From an uncultured Methanomicrobiales archaeon (GTDB lineage: Archaea > Halobacteriota > Methanomicrobia > Methanomicrobiales > Methanospirillaceae), in contig CAVWXH010000003.1 of NCBI GenBank assembly GCA_963758915.1, positions 288,001 to 352,000 of the forward strand: a DNA stretch of 64,000 nt, read 5' to 3'. This document shows, piece after piece, positions 20,113 through 29,191 of this stretch. The position numbers and the translations under genes are program-made. The notes under the pieces are model-generated. The model did not search any database. It was not told where the DNA came from and worked only from the letters and a program-made list of their open reading frames with translations. Every line of letters starts with the position of its first letter. The stretch's first letter is position 1.

Positions 20113-21009
20113 ATGGCAAAAAAACTCCCCCGTTACAGTCCCGGTACTTATTTCAGCATTGTTATCGTTGCAGGACTGTTAACCGCATTTGGCGGGTACA
20201 TGTACATGGAAGGGAGCAATGCGGAGGTTACCATTATTGAAAAAGAGGGGGCCCCTGACGCAGTGATTATCTTCATTGCAGACCCGCACCTTCGCATGAG
20301 TAACCTGGATTACACAAAGAACGTCATACGCAAAATCAATTCCCTCCACCCGTCCCTCGTCCTGATCGGGGGGGACTTCGCCTACCGGAACGAGGAAGAC
20401 TTTACCATCCAGGAGGTCTGGCGTGATATTGATGCCCCCGTATATGCCGTGCTCGGTAATCACGATTACCAGTCTGGGGACAATTCCCTTACACTCGTGA
20501 GGAAAATATCCGAGGAGGCGTCCATCAACAGCACTTCCGGCACATGGGACAGGGAGGTATTCGAAGATGGAGATGTAAATATTTCGTACGCAGATCACCT
20601 GGCAACGGCGCTCGGGGATAACGGCGTCCATGTATTACGAAACGAGTACCGGGAGCTTGATGTGAATGGCACGAAGGTCATGCTTGTAGGGATCGATGAC
20701 TGCTGGGCAGGTATGGCACATCCTCCGGCCGTTCCGGAAAATAAGGATTTTACTATTTACATGGTCCACGAGCCGAAATGCCGGGGTAACTGGAGTGCAG
20801 ACCTTATTCTTGCGGGTCACACGCATGGGGGCCAGTACATCCCTCCCGGCCTTGACAAGCTGGTTTCCGGTGGTGTACTGGAGATTGGAGGCAGGTTTGA
20901 CTCCGGACGGACAACGACATACATAACCAGGGGCCTTGGGACCTCCAACTTTGATGTCCAGCTCAGGGCATTTGCATCCCCGGAGATCGTTGTAATACAT
21001 GGGGTATGA
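20113..21009 (+). CDS. Membrane-anchored metallophosphoesterase (YkuE-like)
   Basis: DPH, GGDF, GNHD, HEP, GHTHGGQ motifs. Confidence 0.9.
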   Translation: MAKKLPRYSPGTYFSIVIVAGLLTAFGGYMYMEGSNAEVTIIEKEGAPDAVIIFIADPHLRMSNLDYTKNVIRKINSLHPSLVLIGGDFAYRNEEDFTIQEVWRDIDAPVYAVLGNHDYQSGDNSLTLVRKISEEASINSTSGTWDREVFEDGDVNISYADHLATALGDNGVHVLRNEYRELDVNGTKVMLVGIDDCWAGMAHPPAVPENKDFTIYMVHEPKCRGNWSADLILAGHTHGGQYIPPGLDKLVSGGVLEIGGRFDSGRTTTYITRGLGTSNFDVQLRAFASPEIVVIHGV

Positions 21010-21402
21010 CCCGGTTCAACTCCCCGGCCGGGTATACAGACCGTACCGGAGATTCCCTGCCTGAATGGTATCCATACAGGATTCCAGGTCTCCGGAAACG
21101 GTGAATGGCCAGCCAAAAAAAACCGGGTCCCTGTTCATCATGATATACCAGGCCCGGGACCCCGGTCCTCACCTGAATTATTCATTCACCTCAATTTTTT
21201 TAAGGGTCGGCCATTGCCTGGGACCGGTCCGGCCAACCGGTATTTTTTTCTCATAGAATACCGGGAATCCTGCCCTTACAGGCAGACCATGGTATTACAT
21301 GCGGACTGTTATGGATTGATCACCTTTGAACGGCCCATTTCTCCCGTTTTCTGCCCCGTTTCAAAAAATGCATCAATTGGAATGGGGGATATATTTTGTT
21401 CC

Positions 21403-21416
21403 ACGAAAAGTATATA
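21403..21416 (+). promoter_or_regulatory. BRE/TATA promoter of the 21441-23696 operon
   Basis: ACGAAAAG-TATATA about 25 nt upstream of ATG 21441 (leaderless-type spacing). Confidence 0.55.
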
Positions 21417-21440
21417 CCGTTTTGAATAGTCTTACTTCAC

Positions 21441-22181
21441 ATGGATGAGATTCAGCTAATTGCCCAGAAGCGGGCTTTTCCAAGCAGGGGAAGGGCCCGG
21501 ATTCATGAAGACGCCCTCAAGGAGCTCGAAATCGTTGAGGGTGCATCGATTGATATCGGTATATTGGACGCAGAAAAATGGATATCAGCGACTGCGTTTG
21601 CCGACTCCCTTCTTACATCAGGTCATATCCGCCTGAGCGAGGAGGACTTAACCGCACTTGGGGCGAGTGAAGGCTCCACGCTCCGGGTCCGGAAAACGCC
21701 CCCGATGGCCGACCAGATCAAGAGCAGTGTCAAAGGTGCCGGTGCGAGTGTGTCAGCAGGACTTGGTAAGGCAGGAGAATCGATCAAGGGTACATCAACT
21801 GAGTCAATCAAGGCAGGTGCTGCCGGAGCTGCTTCAAGTGTCAGCACCGGCCTTGGGAAAGCAGGGCATTCAGTCAGTGCTGCTTTCAGCAACGCGGTTG
21901 AGGCTGCAAAAAAGAAACTGAAACCTGCCGATTCAGCGACTCTTGACAAGGCACTGAAGGCAAACAATGGAGAGGTCCGTGCCGTCACGGTCGCTGCCGG
22001 TTCCGGTACCCGCACGATGTCCGGCATTGTACTCCCGAAAGGGGTCGTTATTGCAGCAGTACAACGTGGAGATGCAATCCAGACAACCGATCCATCCTTT
22101 CTCCTTATAGGTGGGGATATCATCTACCTCGTGGGAGATAGCAGTCTTCTCGATGAGGCCTCAAAGGTAATCGGAGGATAA
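21441..22181 (+). CDS. Cdc48/VAT-N-like double-psi barrel + Ala/Gly/Ser amphipathic repeats + RCK_C (TrkA-C) domain protein
   Basis: Duplicated 'GRARIHEDALKELEIVEGASI' / 'GHIRLSEEDLTALGASEGSTL'; middle repeats ASVSAGLGKAG / SSVSTGLGKAG; C-terminal LPKGVVIAAVQRG...GGDIIYLVG. Confidence 0.7.
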   Translation: MDEIQLIAQKRAFPSRGRARIHEDALKELEIVEGASIDIGILDAEKWISATAFADSLLTSGHIRLSEEDLTALGASEGSTLRVRKTPPMADQIKSSVKGAGASVSAGLGKAGESIKGTSTESIKAGAAGAASSVSTGLGKAGHSVSAAFSNAVEAAKKKLKPADSATLDKALKANNGEVRAVTVAAGSGTRTMSGIVLPKGVVIAAVQRGDAIQTTDPSFLLIGGDIIYLVGDSSLLDEASKVIGG

Positions 22182-22182
22182 T

Positions 22183-22569
22183 ATGGACTTGTATGCACCA
22201 CCAGACTGGTTCATCATCGCAATGTTCCTCCTGCTTGCGCTCCTCTTAATTCTCATCGTAGTCTGGGCCATTCGCAGGAGCCAGGGTCACGTCCGGAAAA
22301 TGGAGATAGAAGTAGAAAAACAGAAACTCGATCTCCTTGCAAAAGACCTGAACACGCAGGCGAAGGTGCACCCCTTTACCAAGCTCAGCACAGACCAGAT
22401 CCAGTCAATCCGCACTCTTGAGGATGAAAACGAACTCCTTGAACTGAATAACTACCACAAGGAGAAAATCGTCGAGGCGAGGCTCCGGAAGCTTGAAAAC
22501 CTGGTGCGGGAAGGAAAACTCGAGCGGATGATCCTGAAACTTGACCTCGAAGAAAAGAAGGTGAAATAA
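22183..22569 (+). CDS. N-terminal TM + coiled-coil protein
   Basis: One TM then Leu/Glu/Lys heptads; translationally coupled. Confidence 0.85.
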   Translation: MDLYAPPDWFIIAMFLLLALLLILIVVWAIRRSQGHVRKMEIEVEKQKLDLLAKDLNTQAKVHPFTKLSTDQIQSIRTLEDENELLELNNYHKEKIVEARLRKLENLVREGKLERMILKLDLEEKKVK

Positions 22570-22874
22570 TGGCTGAATTTGCAGAAGGGACCACAGAAGA
22601 AAAACAGTCATTCTGGGGTAACATGCCTGACGTCCCGGGGTACCTTGACAAGAAACTGCCAACCATGGACAAGTCGCTGGACACGTACTTTGACAAGAAC
22701 ATGGAGGCAATCATCGAGGAATGGGGCCTCCTGGTTGAGAATGATATTCTTGATCTCGAACGACGTGTCAACAAGGTTACCGAGGAAATCGACCAGCTGT
22801 ATGACCACAAACATGTCATCAACGAACGGGTACTGAAGCTGGACGCCGTAATCTCGGACCTGGAGGGCAGGTAG
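22569..22874 (+). CDS. Small coiled-coil protein (YxDxx...EW paralog 1)
   Basis: TAATG overlap; YFDKNMEAIIEEW followed by heptads. Confidence 0.85.
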   Translation: MAEFAEGTTEEKQSFWGNMPDVPGYLDKKLPTMDKSLDTYFDKNMEAIIEEWGLLVENDILDLERRVNKVTEEIDQLYDHKHVINERVLKLDAVISDLEGR

Positions 22875-23093
22875 ATGATAGACAAGTATATGAACAAGTA
22901 CCTGGATCGCCGGATGAAATACCTCGTCGAGGAATGGCAGATCGCTACAAAAAATGAGGTGGCAGATTTTTCAGCCAGATTAAATGCACTTTCTGCTGAA
23001 GCTGCGAAACTTGCCACCTTCGAGAAGAATGCGGAGGCAAAACTATCTGCCCTTGAAGCACGTGCAAAGAAACTGGAGGCGAAGAAGAAATGA
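22875..23093 (+). CDS. Small coiled-coil protein (YxDxx...EW paralog 2)
   Basis: Abuts the previous stop, SD GGAGG; YLDRRMKYLVEEW followed by heptads. Confidence 0.85.
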   Translation: MIDKYMNKYLDRRMKYLVEEWQIATKNEVADFSARLNALSAEAAKLATFEKNAEAKLSALEARAKKLEAKKK

Positions 23094-23431
23094 CACCGCT
23101 CGAAATTATCCTCACTATCCTGGTGATTGTCGCTATCATTGTTGCCATCTATTTCTTCTTCAGGGGCGCAAAGGGCAAGATCTCATTGACGCGACCGGTT
23201 GAGAGCCGGGTAGATGAATATCTTGACCGCAGGTTCGAATCGATGGTGACGGAATGGGCGCTCGTACGGACTCCTGCAGTCAACCGCTTCAAAGAACAGC
23301 ATGAGCCGGTGCTGAGTCAGAATGAAGCAAAAGTATCAGAATTACAGGGCTTTGAGAAGGAAATTAACAATTCCCTGTCAAGGATGGAGGAACGGCTTGA
23401 CGATCTGGAAAAAGAGCTCTCAAAGACCTGA
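23090..23431 (+). CDS. TM-anchored coiled-coil protein (YxDxx...EW paralog 3)
   Basis: ATGA overlap; TM, then YLDRRFESMVTEW followed by heptads. Confidence 0.85.
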   Translation: MTPLEIILTILVIVAIIVAIYFFFRGAKGKISLTRPVESRVDEYLDRRFESMVTEWALVRTPAVNRFKEQHEPVLSQNEAKVSELQGFEKEINNSLSRMEERLDDLEKELSKT

Positions 23432-23696
23432 TACGTCCGGGCAGAAAGGGAAGAACAATATCTACCTTGAACTGAAAAAGGAGATAAAACCTCTTCGTGA
23501 ACAGGGGGAGTTCCCGACAAAAGTACCGGGGAGTTTCGGAAGGCATTATTGTGACCTCTGCAACTCCACATTTCCTGTTGAAGAGCTCCGCCAGTGCAGC
23601 CTTTGCGGGAGATGGGTGTGTAATTCCTGTTTTACCAACGAATACTACATCTGCAATTCCTGCAACGGGATTACAAAACTCTATATGACCAGATAA
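23397..23696 (+). CDS. 8-Cys double zinc-finger protein (FYVE-like Cys spacing)
   Basis: CDLC-NSTF-x7-CSLCGRWVCNSC-x7-CNSC; start taken at TTG 23397 with GGAGG 6 nt upstream; T-run follows the stop. Confidence 0.75.
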   Translation: MTIWKKSSQRPDTSGQKGKNNIYLELKKEIKPLREQGEFPTKVPGSFGRHYCDLCNSTFPVEELRQCSLCGRWVCNSCFTNEYYICNSCNGITKLYMTR

Positions 23697-24004
23697 CAGG
23701 GGTGGGCAGTGAAGGGTTTTTTTCCCTGTCTCTGCAATCCCCTGAATTTTTTCATCCACAAAGGATATCAGCAGGCTGCTTTTTTCAGAAGTGATCATGA
23801 GTAATCTGACAGGTCAGGGAATCATTAAGTATATCGGGCAGCGATATTTTCAACCAGGCCCTATAGAGATAAATTTAAGAATCGGCGGGGAACTGGAGAG
23901 GTCTTTTCCATCCAGTCCCGGGATCTATATGAGACCAGAACAGGTGAATTTCTTCATGCCGGGGAAAACACAACTGAACAGATACAAGGGAGAGAAGGTG
24001 TACC

Positions 24005-24373
24005 ATGATTGGTAATCTTTACGGGGACTACTACCGGTTCCGTAAGGACTGGAAACGTATCCGGATAACTGGCTGGATCAGGGTAATCCTCTCGGGCCTC
24101 CTCGGGGGTATCGGGATCGGACTTATACTGGCCCCGGTCCTTATGCTGTTGCTGCATTCCTGGACCGTGGAATTTGCACTATCCGTGGCTACCATGAACG
24201 TCCTTGTCGGTCTCATCCTGGCAGGGACAGGGAAATGGATCTTTGACAGCACAAAAGACCACCAGATAGTATCCTTTGTGTATTATGCCGGCACTTTGAT
24301 TTCCCTGGTACTATTCCTGATTGTTACGGCGGTGTTCTACCCCAGGTTCACCTATATTATCGCCACCGGATAA
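24005..24373 (+). CDS. Three-TM membrane protein
   Basis: Hydrophobic helices, SD-like AGGTG. Confidence 0.75.
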   Translation: MIGNLYGDYYRFRKDWKRIRITGWIRVILSGLLGGIGIGLILAPVLMLLLHSWTVEFALSVATMNVLVGLILAGTGKWIFDSTKDHQIVSFVYYAGTLISLVLFLIVTAVFYPRFTYIIATG

Positions 24374-24410
24374 AAGGAACCGGTTTGTGGTTGTCCAGGC
24401 CGGGAAAAGA

Positions 24411-25607
24411 TTATTTCATCCACGGGAACAGGCCTTTAAAAAAATCAACAATTTGTGAGATAACATCCTTTTTCTGCTGGGCGGCTGCAATGGCGTCCAC
24501 TTCTGCCATCTGCTGTTTTTTGTACTCAAGCCAGGCTTTTCCGGTAAGAGTTGGGGTAGGGGATTTTGTTTTACCCGTACTGACCTGGCCTGAAATCTCA
24601 TCCGGACCAGCAACCGGTGTTACCCTGGTTCCAGCCTGGTAATCATTGCCCGCAGAGCCGGATAATACGGCTCCCGACGGTTTATAGTCAGAGGATGAAC
24701 TTACGGTGATAAAGTCCACCTTTTTGACGATTTTTCCGGCACCCGATGAGTTGACCGTCAGGGTGACCGTATAGGTACCGGGCTCTTTATACGTATGAAC
24801 CGGGTTCTGGGAGGTTTCGGTTTTTATATCCCCGAAGTCCCATAACCAGGCAACGGGAGTCCCCACGGTGGTATCGGTGAAGACCACCGTCAGGGGGGCG
24901 GTTCCAGACCGTGGGGAACCATCGAAGGCTGCGAGAAGGTTAGAGGCGGATAGTTCAGTGGCAGTCGTCGTAGTGGTTGTTGCAGCCGTTGTTATCGCGG
25001 TTGTTGTTGCGGTTGTTGTAACTGCCGAGTCCACCATAATATAATTTTCCCGGGTAGCGGACAGACTGCCCGTACGGGTCGTGGCGGTCAGTCTGACGGT
25101 ATATGTCCCTGCATCTGAATAGGTATGGGACGGGCTCCTGGACGTATCTGATGTACCATCACCAAAATCCCAGTTCCACGAAGTCGGACCACCCGTAGAC
25201 ATGTCTGAGAACTGGACGTCAAGAGGTGCGGACCCGTCCGTCGGTTCAGCAATGAACGCTATGATTGGATTCACCTGCGATTGGGCAGCTGTTGTCATGA
25301 CAGTAGTTGTATGCGACGTCGCAGGTATGGTAGTCTGAGTCGTAGCTATGGCCGTTGTCGTCGAAGATGTCGCGTGGCTCGTTGTCTGGGTCGTTGAGGG
25401 AATCTGGGTTGTGACAGCAGTTGTAGCATGGGATGTTGTCTGGGTGGGCGATACTGTCTGGGTCGTGTTCGCAGCACCCACAGGGAACACCACGATTGCT
25501 GCGCAGACCAGAACAACGAACAATACAATCGTGACAGTCGGTAAAGAATTGTTAACTATAGCCTTATTCAAAATGTTCCACCCGGTATTGTTAGTTATAT
25601 AGCACAT
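24411..25607 (-). CDS. PKD-domain surface glycoprotein
   Basis: Signal peptide, Thr-rich linkers, two PKD repeats ([15 protein letters not shown]...HTY..GTYTV); exact start uncertain. Confidence 0.88.
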   Translation of the reverse strand: MCYITNNTGWNILNKAIVNNSLPTVTIVLFVVLVCAAIVVFPVGAANTTQTVSPTQTTSHATTAVTTQIPSTTQTTSHATSSTTTAIATTQTTIPATSHTTTVMTTAAQSQVNPIIAFIAEPTDGSAPLDVQFSDMSTGGPTSWNWDFGDGTSDTSRSPSHTYSDAGTYTVRLTATTRTGSLSATRENYIMVDSAVTTTATTTAITTAATTTTTTATELSASNLLAAFDGSPRSGTAPLTVVFTDTTVGTPVAWLWDFGDIKTETSQNPVHTYKEPGTYTVTLTVNSSGAGKIVKKVDFITVSSSSDYKPSGAVLSGSAGNDYQAGTRVTPVAGPDEISGQVSTGKTKSPTPTLTGKAWLEYKKQQMAEVDAIAAAQQKKDVISQIVDFFKGLFPWMK

Positions 25608-26215
25608 TTTTCAATTTAAAAACTCCTGTTTGCGGGAAAATATTCAGAAAGATCACGTAAAATGAACCCGGAATTTATTTTTTCCGCATAGGAACCGGGA
25701 AAAAAATCCAAAAACAATGCCATGCGTGGGGATACCGCGAAAAGAATGAACCCCGGGGTAACAGAGGAATATCAACAGGTGAAAAAAACAGGATTGCAGA
25801 ATAGTCCCGCAGTGAGGGAGGGAGGGGGGAGGTCATTGGTGCTCCAGGCACCCGAAGGCCTTTCAGAGACCCGGCTGACAAAGCTTGACAGGGATGGGAC
25901 AGGCAGGGAGTGGAACTGCCTCCTTTCTGATAGGTCCTGGTAACGGGGGCATGAACTTGCTCTGATCTTCACAAGACTGACCTTAAAACGTAGTTTTCAC
26001 GGGTGTTTTTATGATACATCGTCTATCGGGTGTGCTATAAACCCTTTGTACCGTAGATGAATATGAAAAAGGCTGGAATTCAGATGTTGGCCTGGTGTTT
26101 TTCATACCAGCCAAGATCCTGTTTTTTTACGCCATCTGATGGCAGATCATCACAGAATTTATCATATCCGAATCACCATTCTCCTTTTAATATCACATGT
26201 TGGGAAGCAATCGCC

Positions 26216-28976
26216 TTGTATTCGATCCTCTGTGTTGATGATGAGCCCGTTCTTATCGAACTTGCAAAAACTTTTCTCGAGAAAACCCGGGGATTTGAAG
26301 TTCAGACAGACTCTGTCAGCAACCGAGGCGCTCATATTGCTTAAGTCCCGGCACTTTGATGCGATCGTATCTGATTACCAGATGCCTGAAATGGACGGGA
26401 TTGTTTTTTTAAAATCAGTCCGGAAAGACCATGGAGATCTCCCATTCATCCTTTTCACAGGAAAAGGGAGGGAAGATGTTGCTATCGAGGCGATAAATAA
26501 CGGGGCCGATTTTTATCTCCAGAAAGGGGGCGAACCAAAATCGCAGTTTGTTGAACTGGCGCATAAGATCAGGATTGCTGTCGATAAAAAACGGACAGAG
26601 GACCAGTTGGACGAGTCAAAACAGCGGATGGCAGACATTATTAATTTCCTGCCCGATGCCACGCTTGCAATTAATAAGTACGGGGTAGTTATTGCCTGGA
26701 ACCGGGCAATCGAAGAGATGACCGGTGTCCCTGCTGCAGAAATGATTGGGAAAGGTAATTATGAGTACGCGGTCCCCTTCTATGGAGAACGGCGTCCTAT
26801 CCTGATCGACCTGGTTTTCAAATCTGATGTGGAGCTGACCACACGTTATTATTCAATTATCAAAAAAGAGGGAGATATTCTCATCGCGGAGACCTCCCTG
26901 CCACGTCCGCTTGGTACCAAAAAAATTCTCCTCGGCAAGGCTTCGATCCTGTATGACAATAAGGGGGATGTGGCGGGCGCTATTGAATCAATACGGGATA
27001 TCACTGAACGAAAAGCCGTGGAGATTGCCCTGGAGGCAAGTGAACAGCAGTACAGGAACGTGGTCGAAGAGCAGAAGGAATTTATCTGCCGGTTTTCACC
27101 AGACGGTACACATGTCTTTGTAAACGATGCATATTGCCGCTATTTCAACAGGAGAAAACAGGATATCATCGGTGAAAAATTCTCACCGCGGATCCCTGCA
27201 GCAGATAAAAAACTGGTACTGGAGCATTTTAACTCATTAACCATCGATAACCCCATAGCAACGGTTACCCACCGTATTATCATGGACGATGGGAAGGTAC
27301 GGTGGCAACGCTGGAGTGACCGGGCAATTTTTGACGCCCGGGGGAATCTGGTAGAATACCAGTCGGTAGGCAGGGATTTCACCGATCAGAAAAACATCGA
27401 GGAGGCATTGAAAGAAAGTGAAACCCGGTACCGGAATGTCGTTGAAGATCAAACCGAACTAATTTCCCGTTTTCTTCCTGATGGGACTCATATTTTTGTG
27501 AATGACGCGTACTGCAGGTATTTCGGAATTAATAGAGAGGACCTTATCGACAGGAGATTTATGCCGGATATGCCGGATAAAGACAAGGCAGAAATGCGGA
27601 AATTTCTTTCCTCGCTTACCATTTCCCATCCCATTGGGACGATTGAACATGCGATCCTGATGCCCGACGGGGAGGTCCGCTGGCAGCAGTGGTCTGACCG
27701 GGCAATTTTTGATGAGGCTGGCAGGGTAAAGGAGTACCAGTCTGTCGGCAGGGATGTTACTGAGCGTAAAAACACTGAAATAGCTCTTGAACAATCGCGG
27801 ATGGCTTTACAACGCGAAGAAGCCCGCCTGGAGATACTGTTAAAATTTTACCAGATGGACAAAGATTCCCAAAAAGACCTCTTGATCTATGCAATTGAGG
27901 AAGGTGTACGGATGACGGATAGTACAGTCGGGTACCTCGCTTTTGTCAGCGATGACGAATCCGTCTTAACAATGTACGCCTGGTCTGAAACCGCGATGAT
28001 GGAGTGTTCGACCAGTAAAAAACCAATCGAGTACAAGGTCTCGGCTACCGGCTTATGGGGGGAGGCAGTACGGCAGAGAAAGCCGGTGATTACCAACGAT
28101 TATGCAGCTCCAAACCCCCTCAAAAAGGGACATCCGGAGGGGCACGTTTCTATCACCCGGCACATGAATATCCCTGTTTTAGATGGCACCCATATTGTCC
28201 TGGTTGCCGGGGTAGGTAACAAGCCGTCAGACTATAATGATAACGATGCCAGGGAGCTGACCCTCCTGATGAATGGCCTGTGGAATGTGATCAGGCGGCG
28301 GCGGGCAGAAGATGCTCTTCAGAAGTCCAACCGGAAGCTCCAGCTGATGAATAATATTACCCGTCATGATATCCTGAACCAGCTGACTGCACTCAATGGC
28401 TACCTCGAACTCTCCGGTGAATGCACTGACCAGCCAGGTCAGATAATGGAATATATTGAGAAAGAGAGAAGAATTGTTGGAATTATTGAGCAACAACTCG
28501 CATTTACGAGGGATTACCAGAACCTTGGTATCAATGCACCCACATGGCAGAGTGTGAATGATACCGTCCGGAGGGGAACCGCAATATTGCCAATGAACGA
28601 TATCAGGGTCCAGTATGACCCCCGGGATGTGGAGGTGTTCGCTGACCCGATGTTTGAGAAGGCATTTTACAACCTGATCCAGAATTCACTGAATTACGGG
28701 GGGGACCAGATGAAAACAATCCGCGTCTCATCGTACGAGTCCAACCAGGTGACCAGGATCATCTATGAGGATGATGGCAAAGGAATCTCCCCTGAAGATA
28801 AAGAACACCTGTTTAAACTCGGATTCGGGACACACACAGGATTCGGGCTCCATCTGTCCCGTGAGATCCTGGCGATCACCGGAATAACAATAACCGAGAA
28901 TGGCGGGCAGGGTAGGGGTGCACGATTTGAGATAGTGGTCCCAAAGGGGATAGCCCGTTTAAAGGTACCGGAATAG
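26216..28976 (+). CDS. Hybrid REC-PASx3-GAF-histidine kinase, frameshifted near 26310
   Basis: TTG 26216 gives MYSILCVDDEP...; the frame switches to LSATEAL...SDYQMPEMDG; H-box ITRHDILNQL; G-boxes DDGKG, TGFGL. Confidence 0.85.
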
Positions 28977-29191
28977 CAGGGTTTAAAAGATGTTTTATAC
29001 CCGGGATATATTTTCACATACTACACCGTTGACGAATCACATCTTCAAAAACAGGTCGTACCGGACCTTTCATGCTGTTCGATTCGATGACGGGTACCTG
29101 TTGTTGTAACTCTCTTCAAAGGGATCCCGGTACCATTCGTAAAATCAGACAGGGGAAACTATTAACCTCTTCATATGGGAACATCCTGTTC

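Noticed and set aside
22183-23431. Direct SNARE or ESCRT-III homology for the coiled-coil proteins
   Set aside because: TM anchors are N-terminal rather than C-terminal and no zero-layer or Snf7 pattern can be supported by eye; only an analogy is retained
24955-25450. GTT/GTC trinucleotide-rich repeats
   Set aside because: Encode Thr-rich linkers of the PKD protein
27050-27780. Near-duplicated segments within the kinase gene, and similarity between 26630-27010 and 58340-58720
   Set aside because: Ordinary tandem and paralogous PAS domain duplication
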